64,000 bases of DNA from Oopsacas minuta. Its lineage: Eukaryota > Animalia > Porifera. Below are positions 14,201-26,962 of the stretch, in pieces (positions within the stretch are counted from its first letter, which is position 1; each line of letters begins with the position of its first letter). A model generated the notes under the pieces. The model saw only the letters and a list, made by a program, of their open reading frames with translations. It was not told the origin of the DNA and ran no database searches. The position numbers and the translations under genes were made by a program. The DNA lies in the NCBI GenBank assembly GCA_024704765.1, contig JAKMXF010000327.1, forward strand, positions 141,360 to 205,359. Reading direction: 5' to 3'.

Positions 14201-17200
14201 TGTATTACATATTTATTCAGATACCGACAAATGTTCCTAACACTAGTTTCACCACTAGACCAACTGGACCAATTGCTTCTTCTACTCCCATACCTTAGTA
14301 GTTAGGCTGATATTCTTCAGTTTGGCATCTAGTTCAAATTGGATATTACATTGAAAAATTCCATTAGAATTAGTAGAATGATCTCTGGACCTATTATTGA
14401 TAGGATCATGGCTCTAGCAACCCCACTATATCCTACACCTTTGTAGGTGTAATTGCGCAAATTAGAATATAAATTGGATTCTAAAAAGCATGAACTGTTT
14501 GAACAATTCTCTCAATTGGATGCCTATTTTTCTGGAGCCCATTTAGTTATACATTATGAACACAACCAAATTTCACAATTTACATGGTAACTGTAATAAA
14601 CTGAGGCATGTATATGGAATATGATATCAAATGATAATTTAATACAAACCAGGGGCGTAACTAGCATTGAGACAGAGGAGGTAATTGCCTCGTTGCATCG
14701 CTTTCTCACCCTTTTGCCTGATCCTCTTATTGTTAAGGATATTTTAAAGATGCAAATATTCATCCTTGCCTCTCGCTCTGAGATTTATAGTTAACCTCAG
14801 CAAGCTAACGTACCCTAATATATCTACTACAGTCTACAGAATCCTGGGGAGTTACTGTGATTCAATACATTTCATATTAATGTAGTTAACTTTGATCAAC
14901 AACGATCCAGAGCTGGTCACGTGGTCATAAATCGCTAGTGCCACCACTTCATCATGGACTATCATAATATTGTTGTGAATCTTGCGATTTTCGAAGTGCT
15001 ACTCTAGGGATCCGAATAAACGAGGGGGGAATATATAGGGAGTTTGGAATCTCCAAAGTATAGAATTAATTTGAATAACTATCACCCATTAACTTACCAC
15101 GATAGCATAATCTAAAATAGATGTACTGATATTCCATAGAAACTAGATAAATCATGAAATCAACAAGCAAAATGATGTGATTAATTAAAGTCAATGTTCG
15201 AAATTTAATAAACGGGGGGAAGCGGGCATTTATTCTGACCCCTAGAGTAATTATCGCGGACAACCAATCAACTACTATGAATCAGTTGTTACGTAAGGTA
15301 CCTTAGATTAAAGCAATCTAGTTTGCAAAGCTCGCTTGATCTTTTTTTCTTTAGTCTGATAAAGTATGATATTTCAATGGGAATTTACATTAAGTTATAT
15401 AATAAGATCCGGGTTCTTACAATGTGCTGAGAAGGACTCACAATATAAATTAATAATTAATTTATTTACCATATATGTACCCTAAGCACTTCTTTATTCA
15501 TACTAAGTATTGTTAAGGTAATCTCCATCATTAAGCAGCTGATGCCCCCGAGCACCTGGAACCAATTATCCTCTAATTAACTGTTCCGTTATATTTGGAA
15601 ACTATTAGAGCACTAATTAAAATACAAACGAATCACTATTAGTAATGTCTCTATCTGTGATGTTAATTGTTAGAACCTAATTAATCTATTATATAATATA
15701 AATCTATCTCCTTGATGGCTAATAAGAACAAATTCTTTTATTTTAAACATAATTATTTATATTTGTAATGCCTAAATTTTATGGACATACTTTTCTTTCC
15801 TCACGACTCATGGAAATTAGTTGCTTCTCTATCCGAAAAGACCATCAATCATGCATTCGAGGCATGAACTGTAGATGTTCTATACACTAAGGCAATGATA
15901 GCTCATGGAATTTTGGATCAGGGTATCAAAATGGCACACTTTTACCGACTAAATGTATTAATGAAATTTAACTACACACATAATCTATATCTGCCAAAAT
16001 TTTCAGGACCAAATGACGTCACCAGATTGCTTACTAGACAATTTTATTACCAAAAATGTACCTTGGAAGCCCTGTAAAGTGTGTATTACATCTACGATTT
16101 CCAATTTTACCAATGGAATTCAGGATATTTTCATACAAATATCAAAAAATTGTCATGATGAAGTTTCTGATGAAGTTATTTCGTCCTGAAATCTTTGCAG
16201 ATATAGATTATGTGTATAGTTCAATATCACTAATACATTTAGTCAGTTAAAAGTGTGTCATTTTGATACTCTAGGAAATAATAGGATTCCATATATAAAT
16301 TCATTGCTATATATCCCTGTCCTGATCCAAAAATTCAATGGACTATCATTGCCTTAGTGTATAGAATGCTATGAGTTGTGTTATTTTGGGGGCAGGCTCC
16401 CCACCTCTTTCTTTGACAAAAACACTACTGACCATTAACTTGGTGTACAGTTGAGCTCGGATAAGTAGCAGCCGCCAATTTTGTGAAATATTAAGATTCA
16501 AAGAAGGTTACAAGGGAATCTTCCTCCTTTATACATTATGTGCTATAATAATACCTCAATGAGTTTGATTTGGGTCGTCGAAATTATTACGCCAGGACAT
16601 GTAGCATATTTTTCGAAGTACGGCCTACAAAACTTTTAACAAATTGTTATTCTAAATGCGTGTAATACATTGATTTTTGTTTTATATTGTCCGAAATAGA
16701 GGGACTTTTTCCTCGAAGGCAACTTGGGAATTTCCGCGTTACACCCTAAACCTAAATGGTTTCCGGGTGGTGTAGCTAGCCTTGGAATACTACTGACACA
16801 CGGGTGGTGCAAAATTAGGGCGGCATTGGTGCGACATTACCTGGCGCAACGTAAAAACAGGTGGCAGAAATACACCATAATAGGTAGTATATGCAAAGAC
16901 ATTTCGTATGTTAATAATCTAATATTCATTCACTATTATCTATCTCTTTTAGTGTTTTTTACAGTCGATTTGGACAATTCAATAGACAAGCCATCAGTTT
17001 CAACCCTATTGACCCTAATCGCAGTACTTATCTTGCAAATCCTTCATTGAGTCCGCCCACTCTTCAAAGCTCCCCTTACATTTCTTCATCGCCCAAACCT
17101 TACATGCAGCTGCAGCCTGACACACCAGGTGAGGCGATTTATTTTATGATATACTACTATCCATTTCCCTGTTTATATATTTAATTACTTACAATTCCTT

Positions 17201-20200
17201 TTACATTTTCGCTAGATAACATACGTTCTATTTGTGCCATTCCAATTTCATTGATGAGAACAATTTGTGTCATGAAAAGCTTAGCAAATGTCAATTATCG
17301 CAAAAACTTATTATAGAATTATTCAGAATTACATCCATAGTTGTGGATGTTACATACGTGTTTAGTTTTCATCTTTTTGACAGTTTTATGGCATTCTAAC
17401 ATGACCTTCTTTCACATTTGTAGTAGCGTTTTTATTCAAATTTTGATAAAAACACTTAAACTAGTTATTCTATATCCTATTTACATTCTATGGGATCGAT
17501 TTAATATACTTTCGAAACGGAAATCTAACACCATTTAGATAATGAACTCCTCCTTCAATTCTACCACATTTCGCATATGTATTTTTATTTACGTAATTCG
17601 TATATTTGCTTTTTCTCTATGTATCTACATAGTACGCACTAACAGCTTACCCGGGGTGATTATTAATTTCATGCTCCGTTAAGAGGGATCTTCCGATCTT
17701 TCAAACACGTTAATCTTTTTATAGTCAGATTTACGGGTATATTCCACGAGTTTTTTAAATTTTTCCCTAACTTACTGTATATTAACAGGGGTCTATTTAT
17801 GCAATGTAGGCAGTTATAATTTTGGACCCCTCAAGGTCCAAACTTATGGAGTTACTATTCGAAGAAATACGATATTTATCATCTGACCTTGACTTTCACT
17901 TAATTTTCTACATTTTTCGCTTAATACGTTGCTCTAATTTAGATACACCTAAATATTGTTATTTCGGAATATTCTTACTAATATGGGTCCCTATTTATAA
18001 ACAATAAGATGAAATATTATCTTCTATGTTACAAATCTTAGAATACTTAATGGCCTAAGACATTATAATTTCTCATGAGATATTGCGTTGAAGGTGTTAA
18101 ATGCTGATCATCTAAATGAAAGAATATTTGGATACCATTCGTGTTACCATTGTTGGAATTTTCCTCGCCTGTGATTAGTATCGGTGTATACTTCTTCTTT
18201 GAAGACAATTCCATTAGGACGAGATCGGAATCTTTTTACAGATTTTTTATGTTGTGGAAAGTTTCATTTGTACTAGTTAATTAAAAACATTCTATTGGAA
18301 GGGGATCAAGGTCTTTTTATTACAAATTTCAATATTGGGGAGGTTTTTTTTGTACTAGCTGCGGATGCGGATATACCTATTTAATATCTCATTGATTCCT
18401 CACCCGTATTGACATAATTATTAGCTCTAAAATAGTGATATGATAGTATACTTTAGGGCATTAGTTCTCAACCTTTTTCTTACGCGGACCTCTTTGGTCC
18501 ATTTTATTGGGTCCGTGGACCCAGGTTGAGAACCACTGCTTGATGGGAATAGCTCATAATTTAACTTCTAGTTTTAGCATAAATATATGTTGTCTTCAAT
18601 AATTCAATAGTAATATCAATATTGCAATAGTTTCTCATGTAATAGTCCCGTGACCAAATTTCTGGGCTACGAAAATTCGGATATTTCGTTTTAGCAGGGA
18701 CGTCACCAGGATTTTTCACCTATGAGGGGCACGAAGTTTCCAAGGGTCAGGACGATGGGCAAGGTGTTTCACGGGTTCAGTAGGATCATGTCCAGTGGCG
18801 GATCAATAAATTTTTAGTTGGTTAGTACCATCCAGCTGGGCAGTTGCGTTGTGTGGCTTTGATATATGGGGGGCACGATTTCAATCTGGTTGTCAACAAG
18901 TTCTAGATGTTTCCTACCAGCTTGAATTCGTGCACCCCAGATTTCAAAGCCTATGGGCGCTGTAAACAATCAGTAAGGTCCAAGAGCCAAACAATTGAAA
19001 GAAATAACGTATGGTATGCAATTGTCCCAGTAAGTTATTTTTTCTGGTCGAGTAATGCTGTGTAGCTCGGAGAATATTTGGGGGGGGCCCGAGTCACATA
19101 TGCACGACGCTACTACAGCTGGGGCTCTTGGGTGCTCTAGGCCTTCCAGTCGTGACGGGGCGTAGCCCTTGGACAATAAGCTATAATAGCTACTACATGA
19201 ATTACGTTTGTACTGCCACGTAGGTTTGAATCTTGAAACAACTTCTCAGTTATATTTAGGAATAAATAGTGAAATCTTTAAACAAACAACGAGAAGTTAT
19301 CAATAATTATTAAACCAATGGAGGCTTCGAACGGAAAATCGTATGATAAACCTTGATATTATAACTTGTATGGTAATTTCTACTTTTACTGTACAGACTA
19401 TACTTTAGTGTAGTGGCCCAGTATTGAAATGGATGGCTATATTTTTTTAACAACTGAAGGGATGCTGGCCCGTTACGCTGAACGGCCTGGGGAAAACACT
19501 GCATTTTCTCAGGGTATAAACACAAAAATATTACCTAGTTCTGCAGATCAATACAAGCTATATCCCTTATTTATGGGTTAGATTAAATAATATTGAGGGT
19601 AAGATGCGAACGAAACGAGCCGAAATTTTCCAGTTTGCAATTTAAACCAAGGGCCCGGTGGAATGCCTAGGGCACGAATTTATCAGGGGCATGCCCCGAA
19701 GCAAGGGTTTACCAGGGGGACATTGCCCTCCTATGCCCTCCCCTTGGCGACGCCTCTGCGTTTTAGCCCAAATATCTATTGGAAAATATATATATGACAC
19801 TGTTAAATACATAACACGGTTGACACTCCCTTGTGAGTTTGACTTGTATATTTACTTTTACTTTTTCCCTCAGATAGTCAATATTTCTACAGCACAGATG
19901 TTCAGCAGCCTTGTATTCCAGTAACCATTAGAGGTCCTTATTATGGATCTCTGAACCAACCTCAACCCATTAGTTACACTACTCAATGGCCTGCTAGTGG
20001 TTTGGTTGCAACTCCTCAGCCTCAGACTTTTACCAATCCTTCCACAGAGTCATCTAGCAGAGGGTTTGAGAGTCCGCAGGTATTTACTCTTAGCTATTAA
20101 ACACAATCTCACTATCTATATATTAATTGCAATTAATCGGGTATGCTAAAATTTTCATGATTACGCGGATGGACCAGGGATTCCATTCTGGGAAACTACG

Positions 20201-20584
20201 GCGCTCATCAGCTAAAAGTGATTGATTCTAAAAATTCCTTGTAAAAGTTCAGTGGGCTCATTCATATACTTTTCAATCAACTCTCACGAAGCCTCAGAAA
20301 TTTTGCTAACGGGCCGCACTTGCACACATGTGATTTAAATCATAAATGTATTTGTTACTCTATACCCCCAAATCACAACAAATATTCACAATAAGTTGTT
20401 GACATTATCAAAATTGGAATCAACGTACTCCATTACCCTATAAAACAGTTGAAACCAAGTTTCTAGGACTATTTAGAAATTTGTTACTTTATATTCATAA
20501 TGAGAACATTAATTTAAAAATATGAGAACTTGAAAATGCCAAATTCGGATTTAGCGTTCATAAATCATTTCCTTGACAACCAAC

Positions 20585-20642
<58 letters not shown>

Positions 20643-20995
20643 TGACTGACAGACAGACAGACAGACAGACAGACTGACAGACAAAATTGCAATTTAATAC
20701 CCAAACTATCATCGTTTTTCAAACCTCAAGTCTTGAAATAACCCATTTATTAATCGTTATACTCAAATAGAATCTTCCAAGCAGTGTAACTGGTGTGTTA
20801 GCTCCCTCACTAATGCCAGTGTTAGCACAACAACCTAACCAACAGACTCAATCACTCCAATTAATTCAGCAAACTCCCCAATGCTTCCCTCTTACTATCC
20901 AGCAGCCAGTTGAATCTACAAACCAGAACACGCAACCTCAATCATACACAAGTTCTACATGCACAGCCTCAACGAGTCATGGACAGGCTTACTAG
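11288..20995 (+). CDS. T-box transcription factor, multi-exon; 5' exon(s) not located, class unassigned
   Basis: Phase-compatible GT-AG exons: 11288-11561, 11704-11971, 13660-13797, 14083-14162, 16965-17128, 19874-20079, 20771-20995 (TAG). The spliced T-domain reads LWNEFSQAQNEMIITKVGRNLFP...RYKYHENEWVVAGKAEP...YVHPDTP...KVKITN...ITLNSMHKYVPR...[30 protein letters not shown], followed by a P/S/T/Q-rich C-terminus. Confidence 0.93.
12802..13396 (+). mobile_element. Helitron/Helentron-like non-autonomous element (classification tentative)
   Basis: Starts A|TACGAGCATTTGGCTCGT (ACGAGC/GCTCGT hairpin), has internal tandem subrepeats and a (CAAA)n tract near the 3' end; no TIR or TSD seen. Near-identical 5' end at 26963. 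Confidence 0.5.
15919..16273. mobile_element. MITE with ~40-bp TIRs in the T-box intron
   Basis: GTATCAAAATGGCACACTTTTACCGACTAAATGTATTA (15923-) versus TAATACATTTAGTCAGTTAAAAGTGTGTCATTTTGATAC (-16269). TSD not evident. Confidence 0.8.
18459..18538. mobile_element. hAT-Charlie-type 80-bp MITE inserted into an older repeat
   Basis: CATTAGTTCTCAACC ... GGTTGAGAACCACTG; flanking 8-mers CTTTAGGG / CTTGATGG (6 of 8 match). The uninterrupted host is seen at ~3165-3200. Confidence 0.7.
20440..20700 (+). mobile_element. 3' fragment of the Helitron-like family with a (CAGA)n microsatellite at 20586-20683
   Basis: TTTGTTACTTTATATTCATAA...TTTCCTTGACAAC followed by about 24 CAGA/CTGA units. Confidence 0.65.
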
Positions 20996-22881
20996 TATTG
21001 CAGCTTCAGTAATATATGCACAGCAGCTGTTGTTCCTAGCTCAGTTTAGTATTATTATGTGATTTATCCACTAACGTTAGCTAGCTATATTCATGCATGC
21101 AGGAGCACTGCATTATATTTTTATCTGTCCCATTTATACTGTATTTTTATTTATTTGAAGAATGTTTTTGTAGTGCAGTTACATTTGTACAATCACCACT
21201 TGGTTATGAGTTGCTTGCACATATTTGCATTATTGTTTAAGTGGCATATAGAGAATTAGATATTATCATTTACCTTATTATATAGGAAATTTATACGATT
21301 TGGGCTAAAGATTTAACATTTAATTCATATGTCAAAGCTGCCAACCGAACAGAGATTCCCTGTACAGATTTTTCCCATTTTGGTTCTGTACAGGTGTGAT
21401 GGATTTAATACATTTGTACAGGCATTTTTGTCGTTGAGACGAACTCACTGATAGTGAGTCTAATAAATACCTAAACATGTGCATTTGTTGTGTAAATTAC
21501 AGTTCTTTTTCAAGCTTACAGTGATTCCTTATACAGAAAACATTGGATTTAACAACACCCATTTAGTCAGTCCCAAAAGGTCAGTTTATGGCAAGAAAGT
21601 GAAAATAAGTTATAAGCGAGTTGTCTTTACTATGCGTCAACCATATATAATATGATTATAACATGCTATGGATTCTGCACTAACCACATAATCAGGGATG
21701 TCAGATTTGTCTTAGTGGTTTTAACCAAGTTTTTCCCATTGTCCTGTCCCAAACCTGTTCCAGACGGACAAACCCCCACCAAGGTATCTTTTACGGTGAA
21801 GTAACTATGTCTGGAGTGTTCCAACCCATTCTTAGCTATGCTGGAATTATGTACATTTAGTGCAAATAAGGTTATTCTATATTATTATTATTGTGATTTC
21901 AAGGTCAAATATATTTCAATACTTAACTTCCATAAGGCATCAAAGAATGATATGGTTTAACATATTAATGCTTACTAGAAATATATTTCGACACATTCCT
22001 TAAATTCGTTAGCAAATAATGGTTGATAATTTGTTGGTCTACAATTATGCAATATATTTATTCGGGCCAAAATGCACCGAATCTGTTCCATCTGGCTGCA
22101 TATCCCTAGTCCAGTTACCGTCAGGCCTTATATAGAGTAAGATATGGTATTTGGTTTTCACGCGCGCGGAGTACGCATCTTTAGGGTTACACAATAATTT
22201 AGTTGTACGGGTTTACTTCACAAATTTATTCTTATATCTGGAATCTTTTCCAGTTCTAATGAGTATAGGGTTGCCACTTGCCAAGCGTCCGGTTTTCGAG
22301 CAATCTGTCAGGCGTACGGTTTGGGTTTTCTAATGTCCGGTTTTTAGAATATCCAAGTTTGGGAAATATTTTATGAACAGTGCTACGTATTTGTTATGTC
22401 TCTTTTCTTTTAAGAGTTCATTTCGGATTACCCTTTCCTTGGGTGGTAACCACCTTACCTTGATTCATACTATAGAACATCAATTATCCGAACATGATGC
22501 GACCGAGGGAATAACTGAAATTATACTGCATTATATGCCAGATTCGACTGATAATTAACAAAGTACATTAGTTTTAGGGTGAGGCTATTGACATCGACCG
22601 GTCGGTGTCACTTCGTTATTTTTATATATTAGTCTGTATTACTGATTAAAGTGATTACGTCCCTAAATATGGTGAAATAGTTTTCTCAGGTATATTATCA
22701 TATTTCACACCATATCCCCAGTATATATCAGGCAGTAGCAAGTAGATTTTGATTGGTTAGGTTGATCCATACTTAAATATGATACTACCAAAGTTAGTCC
22801 GTTTGACTAATACTATTTGTATTAGCAGTCCAAATGTTGATTCGGATGAAACCTGACGAACCTGACTCTCCTACTGTCATG

Positions 22882-23437
22882 CATATAATCATATAATCAT
22901 ATAATCATATAATCATATAATCATATAATTAATCATATAATCATATAATTAATCATATAATCATATAATCAATCATATAATCGTATAATCGTATAATCAT
23001 ATAATCATATAATCAATCATATAATCATATAATCATATAATCAATCATATAATCATATAATCATATAATCAATCATATAATCATATAATCAATCATATAA
23101 TCATATAATCAATCATATAATCGTATAATCGTATAATCATATAATCATATAATCATATAATCAATCATATAATCATATAATCATATAATCATATAATCAA
23201 TCATATAATCATATAATCATATAATCAATCATATAATCATATAATCATATAATCAATCATATAATCATATAATCATATAATCATATAATCATATCATATA
23301 ATCAATCATATAATCATATAATCAATCATATAATCATATAATCATATAATCAATCATATAATCATATAATCATATAATCATATCATATAATCATATAATC
23401 ATATCATATAATCAATCATATAATCATATAATCATAT
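22882..23437. repeat. ~555-bp satellite of an 8-mer (ATAATCAT) with 12-mer, 5-mer and ATAATCGT variants
   Basis: Continuous TCATATAA units with interspersed AATC insertions; a TCGTATAATCGTA variant at 22981 and 23121. Confidence 0.97.
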
Positions 23438-23559
23438 ATTTACTACTTCCAAAAGTATCATTTCACCTGAAATCTAATAAACAAGTATATTATAACGAAA
23501 ATATAGAAACTTAGTAGTAGTGAGATGGCTGCTGTTGCTTTTTGCTAATAGTATTTCGA

Positions 23560-24350
23560 TTCTAGGTGAAGTCTTTGAAAGAGCCACAATCATATCGTGC
23601 CCGACATTTAGTCTGTCCCTCGCGTTAGTCTTCATTGTTAAAAGTGCTGATAATCCCGATTGACAGAACTATGTCGTGACATACGGGACTAGCACTTGAA
23701 AAGCTACACTAATTTGGCACCAAAATTCGTTTAACTCATCGGTTCAAAATCAGTGCTTAGTTTCTGATTTTGACGCAATCAAGAAGCTCGTCTTTTGCTC
23801 GATCGTTTTCACTCATTTGTTCGAGAAAGAGAACGGACACCTCACCCAAGCGCTCAATTTTAGGTGATCAGTCTCAGAATAGCCTTAGAACTTATGTTGC
23901 AGAGTTCCCAGATGTGTAATAATATTTGCACGAAACATTGATCCTGCAAGATGGGACAAACCAGAAGTAAGTTCATCTAAAGGAGTGAGATGTTCAAAAA
24001 ATTCGATATTCCGAATATATCTGCAAGGTATGTTAGAGAAAGCTCAAAGTTTGTGTCAATGAAATCATGAAGCAAATGAGAGTCTTTTTCATGCAAAAAT
24101 ATCTTAATTAACTCCCTAAGTTCAAAGATCCATGTTAGGACTCTCCTCTGGTAAGCCAGCGTACTTCTGTATGAAAGAGGAGGATACTATGCTCAGCATT
24201 TATTTATTCCCACAGTACTTTGAACACTGTCATCTTGCTCTGATATAGTTCACAACATTGAAGACAATATTCAAAACTTCCTCTAGACTGGCAGGAAGTG
24301 ATTTTGATGCTAGAGCATGTTTATGAAGGGAACAGTGACTGGATATTACA
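23560..24350 (-). mobile_element. Degenerate hAT (Buster/Charlie, ZBED5-like) transposase fragment
   Basis: Minus-strand frames give SHCSLHKHALASKSLPASLEEVLNIVFNVVNYIRAR, LLFHTEVRWLTRG and LVPYVTT*FCQSGLSALLTMKTNARDRLNVGHDMIVALSKTSPRI; multiple stops and frameshifts. Confidence 0.85.
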
Positions 24351-25204
24351 ATTGGACTTTATTTTTAACGAGAGCTGTAATTCCTGATTATTTTCCTATA
24401 ATACTAAATTTAATCACAGCAATCAGGAAAATATGACCAAATTAACGAAGGGGGACTCTAAATATTAAATGTCCATACATAAAACACCGTTGAATCTAGA
24501 TGAGCCATAACTTTCTAACCAATGGAATTGAAAGCTAATATTTGATAAATTCCTCAGCCATATAGGGTAAGGTTTGGGTAAAATATTAGGACTCTATAAT
24601 CTTGACTTATAATTTAATTAATAAATTTATATAATCTCATTCAATAACTAGACAATTCACTTTCTTTTAATCTAATCAGATTTGACAGATAAATCACCGC
24701 CCATTTGATGTTGCACACAGGTTTATACTGTCTTGTCCTTTCGTTGTGGTATTTTTCCCAGATATGGCCGAATACAAATATAGCGTCTTCCATAGCGTAG
24801 ATGATTTATCGTGGATATTCATCTTCATTAGCATTCATAGTTTTTCGTTAAGTACCCCTTGGTTATCTGAGCACCTTCGTCTTTGAATAAAAAGTTTGGT
24901 GTTCTGAGCTCTAAATTGTACTTTTATTTATGAAATGCACAGCTTGAGGATATACGAAATGTGTATTTTTATATTGGAATATTTGATATTTATGCTAATA
25001 TGGGGCTAAAATCACCACATCATTCAGAAAATTAGTACTTATGTAATCTGCAGCTCCATTCTAGTCTCAGAGGAATTTGGACAATTTCACAAACTAATTT
25101 GTTTCCTGCTGTTAGGATAATCCAGGGTCTACTGTACTACTGTTATTAGAATATACTAGTTGATGTGTCAGGTTTTGGCCTTGGATTTATTGTCAGTCAG
25201 AGAA

Positions 25205-25552
25205 TTCGGGATCTACCTGGAACAAATCTTGCTAGATTTCATCTCATCAACTAGCATAGCGTGAGCTGCTCCCATTCACATCCCAACTCGCATTGCTTTC
25301 TCTTCCACCAATCGCTCAATTTCAAGGATATTTGCACTACTTGTGGTGTCTGATTTGGGCTACCGCTTAGGAAGTCATCTTCCTTATACCCTCACGAAAA
25401 CGCTTTGCCCAGTATTTAACTTAACTTTGGGATATGAAGTGCTGTTATCTTTATAAACAACCTGGAGGTCAGCAAAAATATCACTTAGAGAAAGCCCGAG
25501 TAATGTACGGATTTTTATATAGGCCATTTGCTCAAGTTTGAAATCAGTTTCC
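25205..25552 (-). mobile_element. Mariner transposase relic (N-terminal HTH region)
   Basis: METDFKLEQMAYIKIRTLLGLSLSDIFADLQVVYKD...WAKRFREG, similar to the N-terminus of the 45363-46696 mariner; frameshifted. Confidence 0.8.
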
Positions 25553-26962
25553 ATTATCAAGGAATAGAAAGATAGTCAAATAGTGTGATCACAGCTAAAA
25601 GAATACATAAATAAATTAGCGATATTAACTTAGTAGCATTTGATAGACAATTATTATGGCTAAGTAAAATGCAATTTTGTTAGAGAGTACCTTAGATACA
25701 ATTATAGGTACTAGGTTCTAAATTGACTCTAAAATTCTCGAACGCTGTTATACACTACGACTTGAAGTTACCCATTGTTAAATATAGAAGAACTCGGATA
25801 AGACGAACCCTCTCGTGAAACAAAAAGGTGGAATTCTTCGTCTAATCATGGTGTCATTTCACCAACCTACTCCCGATTTCTCTCAAACTTGGTGAGTAGA
25901 GAGTTGTAACCAAGTCCTTATATCGTGTAATATAAAAATTTTCTATTAAGTATTTTCAAATTATGACATCACAAAATTTGACATTTTCATCATTATACAA
26001 ATTTTTACAGATCTATATTTTTAACTGACATATTACAAATTTCTAGGATTTCTCAGTTAGAACTTTAACATTCCAATTTTGCACTATAGATAGTTTAAAT
26101 GTGTAGATTTTTAATTGATTTAGTATTAATTCTATTTAAGTTCATTCTACCACTTATATTTGGAACTGAAACTAAATCATGCTATGTAATCGGAAATATG
26201 ACTAACTCTAGGGGAATGTTGGGAATAAAAAATTATTGGGTTTAATATATACCTCATTAGATTCTTGCAATATGTCAATAACATTCCATGATTCCCCTCT
26301 GATATATCAAGAATTCTATATCACAAACTCAATTTACAGTTAGAAATTTGGAAATATATTTTCCCTAATTATCCCAAATAGAATAATTCGACTATCAAAA
26401 ACTAAATTCGCCGATACTCCCTATGGGTGAACTCTTCATACTTTTACCACCAGCAATTTGATGGGGTCACGTGACCATATTTTTGGAGATATATTTCGCC
26501 TAACAACTCAGTAATGTACAAAAATTCCATTCTCAAATTTGTCCAGACCCCATCGTTCCAGGCGACTATACATACCTTCGCACAATTTGGTAACTACGAT
26601 AGGCTAGAATTGAGGCCAACAATACAATGGCAAAATTAGTTTTTGATGGTCAAATTTTTCTTTTTTGGATAGTTAAGGAAAAAATATTTCCAATTTTGCT
26701 AACTGTAAAATTTAGTTAGTAATATAGAATTCTTGATATCTCGGAGGGCAATCATGGGAAGTTCTTGATATCTTCAACATATTGCAAGAGTCTAATTAGG
26801 TGTAAATTTTAACCGATAAATTTCATTCCCCAACATTCCCCTCGAGTTATGTCATATTTCCGATTACATAGCATGATTTAGTTTCAGTTCCAAATATAAG
26901 TGGTAGAATGAACTTAAATAGAATTAATACTAAATCAATTAAAATCTACACATTTTAAACTA

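Noticed and set aside
18670-19850. GC-richer patches and ORFs 18970-19176, 19310-19525 and 19658-19924 in the T-box intron
   Set aside because: They look like fragments of CAGGGGCG/CAGTGGCG-type MITE ends. I could not pair termini, and the ORFs are not protein-like.
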